A stretch of 64,000 nucleotides of DNA, taken from the NCBI GenBank assembly GCA_046483985.1, contig JAWOCD010000057.1:64001-128000 (forward strand). The letters are read 5' to 3'. Source of the stretch: Promethearchaeia archaeon (lineage in GTDB: Archaea; Asgardarchaeota; Lokiarchaeia; Sigyniarchaeales; SOKP01). A program made the position numbers and the translations under genes. The notes below the pieces were generated by a model. It was not told where the DNA came from. It was given only the letters and a program-made list of their open reading frames with translations, and ran no database searches. Position 1 is the first letter of the stretch. Every line of letters starts with the position of its first letter. Positions 59,706 through 64,000 of this stretch are shown here, in pieces.

Positions 59706-60536
59706 ATGATGAAATTGAATTCACTTCCCTTATATTCTCAGTTGACTAACTGCTGTGGGCTATCGACCTTTTTAATGCTGCTGAATCCCAGAGAGAATAT
59801 CAAATACAAGAATTTTTTAGAAGACCTTTACGAAAAGATCCAGTTTTTAATGCCCCAAGAGAAAAAAGAATTTCGCTGGTCAGTGGTTTTAGACTATTTA
59901 CTGTTAAAAACCTTGGGAGATAATAGGCTCACTCTCTATCTGGAGGAAAAACTAAACGAGACATTTATTAATTATCGGGCAATTATGAATTTTGAATTGA
60001 AAAAACTCATTAAGAGACCCTTTAGGAAGGTGAAAAGATCAAAAAAATTCTTTGAGGAAAATAAAGTCAATCCTTTTATCCTTCGTAAAAGTTTGTACAA
60101 AATGAGGACTGACATGGACTTAAAAATCCTGTTCTCGCTTTTCGGCGGGGATTTTTATCCTCAGCAACAACAAAATTATGATGGAACGGGTTCTCTTTAT
60201 TTTACGCCCCATGATTTCGAGGAAACAAAAAAATACAAAGAGAAATTAAGGATTATGGAAAGCCATCTCGAGACTTTAAATTCTGGTATCCCTTGCATCG
60301 CTCTGAATATGGGTTTTCATTGGGTTGCGATTACAGAGGTCAACTCCAAAAATACCCTTATTAAATATAATAACCCTCTAGGAGGGAAAGGGTTAACACG
60401 TAAAATTACAAAGTTTCTTTCGGAGGAGTATAGATTTTATCTTTTTTCCCACAAACCAAATGATGCATTCATTTTGAAGGATAAAATAAAGGAATTCCTC
60501 TTTAGGGAATTACAAAACCGAGACAAGAAGGATTAA
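59706..60536 (+). CDS. C39-like cysteine peptidase paralog
   Basis: YSQLTNCCGLSTFLMLLNP, HWVAI, YNNP; colinear with the upstream gene. Confidence 0.75.
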   Translation: MMKLNSLPLYSQLTNCCGLSTFLMLLNPRENIKYKNFLEDLYEKIQFLMPQEKKEFRWSVVLDYLLLKTLGDNRLTLYLEEKLNETFINYRAIMNFELKKLIKRPFRKVKRSKKFFEENKVNPFILRKSLYKMRTDMDLKILFSLFGGDFYPQQQQNYDGTGSLYFTPHDFEETKKYKEKLRIMESHLETLNSGIPCIALNMGFHWVAITEVNSKNTLIKYNNPLGGKGLTRKITKFLSEEYRFYLFSHKPNDAFILKDKIKEFLFRELQNRDKKD

Positions 60537-60581
60537 TTTCTAAAGACCCTAAAAGGGCAAATATTTGATGAGAGAGAAAAA

Positions 60582-60887
60582 TTAAGAAGTAGGTTTATAG
60601 ATCTTCATTGTTAAATCGGGATCTACTACTTTAATAAGGCCTTCACTTTCATACTTTCTCAAGAGATCCTTAATAGTAGACACACGAATATCGAACTCCA
60701 TGGCAACGTCGGTTGCGGTAACGACTTTATTTTTGGAAGTGACATATTCTTTAATTTCATCTTCTATTCCGGGAGGGACAAACGCATCGCGTTCAATAAC
60801 CTCCACTCTTTTCGTTCTGCCGTATTTCCTTCTAAGACTCAAGGTATCCCGACGAACCAATACTTTATCTTCTTTACTTTCTGGCAT
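60582..60887 (-). CDS. rps25e: Ribosomal protein eS25
   Basis: ATG at 60887; KVVTATDVAMEFDIRVSTIKDLLRKYESEGLIKVV...IY winged helix. Confidence 0.8.
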   Translation of the reverse strand: MPESKEDKVLVRRDTLSLRRKYGRTKRVEVIERDAFVPPGIEDEIKEYVTSKNKVVTATDVAMEFDIRVSTIKDLLRKYESEGLIKVVDPDLTMKIYKPTS

Positions 60888-60969
60888 AGTGATATAAATG
60901 GTTAATTGTTTATAAAATAATAAATTACTGCTACTTGAGATAATAAAAGAAAGAAATAAAATAAAATTT

Positions 60970-61596
60970 ATGAATGACGAATTTGAATTTAGGGTAAAAA
61001 CGCAGAGACCGGAGGAAAAATACAAATCCGTAGTGGACTACTTTAAAGGAGAAACTCTTCATAATTATGCAACTTCAAAAAGTTTAATGCGAATCCAAGA
61101 GCGTATAACAAAAAGAGCACTGGAGTTGTTAGGTATTGAAAATGAAGCATTAGTTTTGGATGCAGGGTGTGGAGCAGGGTTCTCCTCAGTCTATCTTAAG
61201 GAAAAGGGCTATAAGGTGGTCTCCCTTGACCTTATTAAAGAATTTCTTTATTTTTATAATCTTAAGGAGATTAATCCTTTAGCAGGAGATATGTGCAAAT
61301 TACCGTTTAAGCCAGAAAGTTTAGATGCAATTATATCGATTTCGGCGCTTCAATGGATATATAGAAATCTCAAAAGTGAAAAAGGATTAAGTAATTTAGT
61401 GAGCTTAATTAAAGCATTTTACAAGTCTCTTAAACCTGATGGTAAAGTCATTTTCCAGTTTTATCCCAAGAGTTCCACTCTCATGGATCATATTAGTTCG
61501 ATCATAAAAAATAACTCTGATTTTACAGGCAAATATATAATTGATAATCCTGATTCGCCCAAGAAACGAAAAATTTATCTCATTCTTAAAAAATGA
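60970..61596 (+). CDS. Bud23/WBSCR22-like class I SAM-dependent methyltransferase
   Basis: RPE, IQ..IT.RALELL, LDAGCG.G.S, PF...S.DA.ISISALQW, QFYP, IID.P.S.K..KIYLIL. Confidence 0.85.
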   Translation: MNDEFEFRVKTQRPEEKYKSVVDYFKGETLHNYATSKSLMRIQERITKRALELLGIENEALVLDAGCGAGFSSVYLKEKGYKVVSLDLIKEFLYFYNLKEINPLAGDMCKLPFKPESLDAIISISALQWIYRNLKSEKGLSNLVSLIKAFYKSLKPDGKVIFQFYPKSSTLMDHISSIIKNNSDFTGKYIIDNPDSPKKRKIYLILKK

Positions 61597-62040
61597 GAAC
61601 AAAAATTTAGCTGGATTTAGTAAGCCAGAACCATTGAAACAAAAATTTACCTTAACCTTTAACGAAACAAAAGCATTAGGAATTGACCAGCTTTTGATTG
61701 AAATTAAAGCCACCAGAACTAACTTTACTACAGTAGAAAAGAACTTTCTTTGTTGATGACAATGAGCGTTCTATTCTCATTAATAATTAATCTTTAAGAG
61801 AACGAATACAATCTGACGGATATAATTGAAGGTTATTATGAATGGCGGTAGTTTACTGTTAAAGGATGAGAAATTCATTCTCAACTTCAATACGAGCAGT
61901 CAATTTCCGAAAAATTTTTTACGACATATTAACAACTAAAAGGCCCGAAAAAATTAAATTTTTGATCAAAACATTTACTAATTACAAAATATATATATCT
62001 AATGTCGTATAAAATTAAATCAAAAATAGGTAAAATAATT

Positions 62041-64000
62041 ATGAAAAGAATAAAGAACACAAAATTTCAAATAGCATTCTTATGTTTTTTTCTGAGTTTA
62101 TTGATGTCGGGTGCGGTTTTGATGGTTTCGGTTGATAGCTCATCCCCTTTATCCGAACAAGAGAAGGAAACCGAAAATGTAGCTTCCGATGAAAAGAAAG
62201 ACTCTGATTTTGCTAACTCACTTCAGAGTGCGAATAGCAGTCACCCAGATCCATGGTGGGATAATAATTGGCAGTATAGAGTTCCGATAGATATAAATTC
62301 AACGAGTGAAGAAAATTTAACTGATTATCAAGTCCGAATTGACATTAATCTTACAGAATGGATTGATGCGGAATATTTAAATGAAACTGGAAGCGATATC
62401 CGCTTTACAGATGTGTCGGGTCAAGAAGAGCTGGATTTTTGGATAGAAAATTCGAATCTGACGGATGGGAACAGCACAATATGGGTAAATATACCTTCCT
62501 TAACTGAGAATACAGAAATTTATATGTATATGGGAAATCCAGATGCGATTTCTAAGTCAAATGGAATAAATACATTTATCCTTTTTGAAAATTTTGAAAA
62601 CTATGATGATCAAGATGGAGAAATACCTGAAAATTGGACAGATTACGGAGCCGGTGAGGTGGAACTTGATACAGAAGAAAACGCAGATGAAAATAGAGTG
62701 TTGAAAAAAACTAGTAATAACGATCCAAATGGGGGATACAGAATTTTTTCTGAAGAGATTTCTGATTTTGAAGTTACCTTGAAAACGAATAGAATTAATG
62801 ATGATGGAGGAGGTATAAATCGATATGCTATAGAAGACGGTCAGTATGATGGTTATGGTCCGCTTATAGATAATTTTTATGGATCCGCTGATTTTGCAAT
62901 AGAGCAAAGAAACGAGGGTTCTCCTTCTGCCGACTATTTAGAAAGTGAAACTATATCAGATCCGGAGCCAGAAGATGAAACGTGGTATATTTTGAAATAT
63001 AGGAAATATGGTGATACTCTTGAGGCAGAAGTATATAATAAAACTGGGGAACTTAATAAATCTCTTTCGGTTGAGGATGATGCTCATTCTGGACCGTTCG
63101 ACAGATTTGTAATCCATGGAGGGTGGGAATATTGGACAGATGACATTATTATAAGAAAATACACCCCAGATGAGCCAGAAGTATCTATAGGTGATCTACA
63201 ATATTCAGAACTTCATATTACTTGTTTCGATATTGATGGTAGAAGAGTAGAAGGAGCAGAGGTACATATCACAAATTCCTCCCAGCCATCCCTCAATCGA
63301 AATGAAAGTACAGATGAAAATGGAGAAATCTTTTTCGTTAATATACCAACGGGAATATATAATATAACGGTAAATTATACCTTGGAGGATAATTCAAACT
63401 CAAAAACCGAAACGGTCTATTATTTAGAAGGTTATGAGAAAAAAGAACATGAACTGGAACTTTATGTAAACTTATGGACAATTGATTTCGAAGTCGACGA
63501 TGCGGATGGAGAACCCTTCGATTTTGGATACGTAAATATAAGTGCCAATGGAAATAGCGAGGTCTTAACTAAGATGGACTTGGATTCGGATGGCACGGGA
63601 CAGTTTATATGGAATGCTTCAAAAGAATTTTATAATTATTCGGTCTATTACCATAACACCGATTATAGCCCAAAAGATACTTATTTATACAGCGGGACGG
63701 TTTACCGGAATGAGACCTCTAAGACATATGCTGTAAATCAAACTGCAAAACATAGTAGTGGTAATACCTATTACGTTGAAGAGGATAATATATATCTTTA
63801 TGATAAAGAAGAATATTCGGGGCCTGACGAAATTGTTGAAATAAGACTTGACTGCTGGGAGATGACCGATAATCTTTCAGAAATTAAAATAAGATATTCG
63901 GATACGGATTATATAACCGAATATGAGGATGAAACGTCGGTAAACATAACTTATAGAGCATTTGAAGATGGTGAATCACTTTATCAAATTCAGGGATTAA
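62041..64000 (+). CDS. Large secreted/surface glycoprotein with DUF2341 domain (runs off the window end)
   Basis: Signal peptide MKRIKNTKFQIAFLCFFLSLL; WWDNNWQYRVPIDI, DYQVRI, SDIRFTD, LDFWIE, IWVNIP, YMYMGNP; many N-x-S/T sequons. Confidence 0.88.
   Translation, partial: MKRIKNTKFQIAFLCFFLSLLMSGAVLMVSVDSSSPLSEQEKETENVASDEKKDSDFANSLQSANSSHPDPWWDNNWQYRVPIDINSTSEENLTDYQVRIDINLTEWIDAEYLNETGSDIRFTDVSGQEELDFWIENSNLTDGNSTIWVNIPSLTENTEIYMYMGNPDAISKSNGINTFILFENFENYDDQDGEIPENWTDYGAGEVELDTEENADENRVLKKTSNNDPNGGYRIFSEEISDFEVTLKTNRINDDGGGINRYAIEDGQYDGYGPLIDNFYGSADFAIEQRNEGSPSADYLESETISDPEPEDETWYILKYRKYGDTLEAEVYNKTGELNKSLSVEDDAHSGPFDRFVIHGGWEYWTDDIIIRKYTPDEPEVSIGDLQYSELHITCFDIDGRRVEGAEVHITNSSQPSLNRNESTDENGEIFFVNIPTGIYNITVNYTLEDNSNSKTETVYYLEGYEKKEHELELYVNLWTIDFEVDDADGEPFDFGYVNISANGNSEVLTKMDLDSDGTGQFIWNASKEFYNYSVYYHNTDYSPKDTYLYSGTVYRNETSKTYAVNQTAKHSSGNTYYVEEDNIYLYDKEEYSGPDEIVEIRLDCWEMTDNLSEIKIRYSDTDYITEYEDETSVNITYRAFEDGESLYQIQGL

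Noticed and set aside
1382-62907. Numerous short antisense or overlapping ORFs in the track (e.g. 1645-2073, 11744-12091, 14585-14908, 61405-61713, 62557-62907)
   Set aside because: Shadows of well-supported genes on the opposite strand or frame, with no motifs

Overview
AT-rich (~30-33% GC by eye) archaeal chromosomal segment, most consistent with an Asgard archaeon (Lokiarchaeia/Promethearchaeota-like). This rests on the archaeal ribosomal proteins (uS13, uS4, uS11, eS25), an HMf-type histone, Rab-like and Rag-like small GTPases, and close homologues of eukaryotic Bud23 and GK5. Housekeeping content includes purC/S/Q/L/F, nadE, serS, cofC, thpR and tRNA-Ser(CGA). The ORF track misses or fragments several real features: (1) a selenoprotein operon, hdrA (2 in-frame UGA at conserved Cys positions) - mvhD/vhuD (2 in-frame UGA) - candidate SECIS hairpin - FrhB-like gene; (2) two tandem CdrS-like ribbon-helix-helix genes; (3) the catalytic N-terminus of a C39-like peptidase that has no canonical start codon; (4) a ~165-nt, ~50% GC multi-stem non-coding island at 50.73-50.90 kb that I cannot assign to a known RNA family; (5) scattered IS200/IS605 (tnpB) remnants. 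All assignments come from motif recognition by eye; no searches were run.
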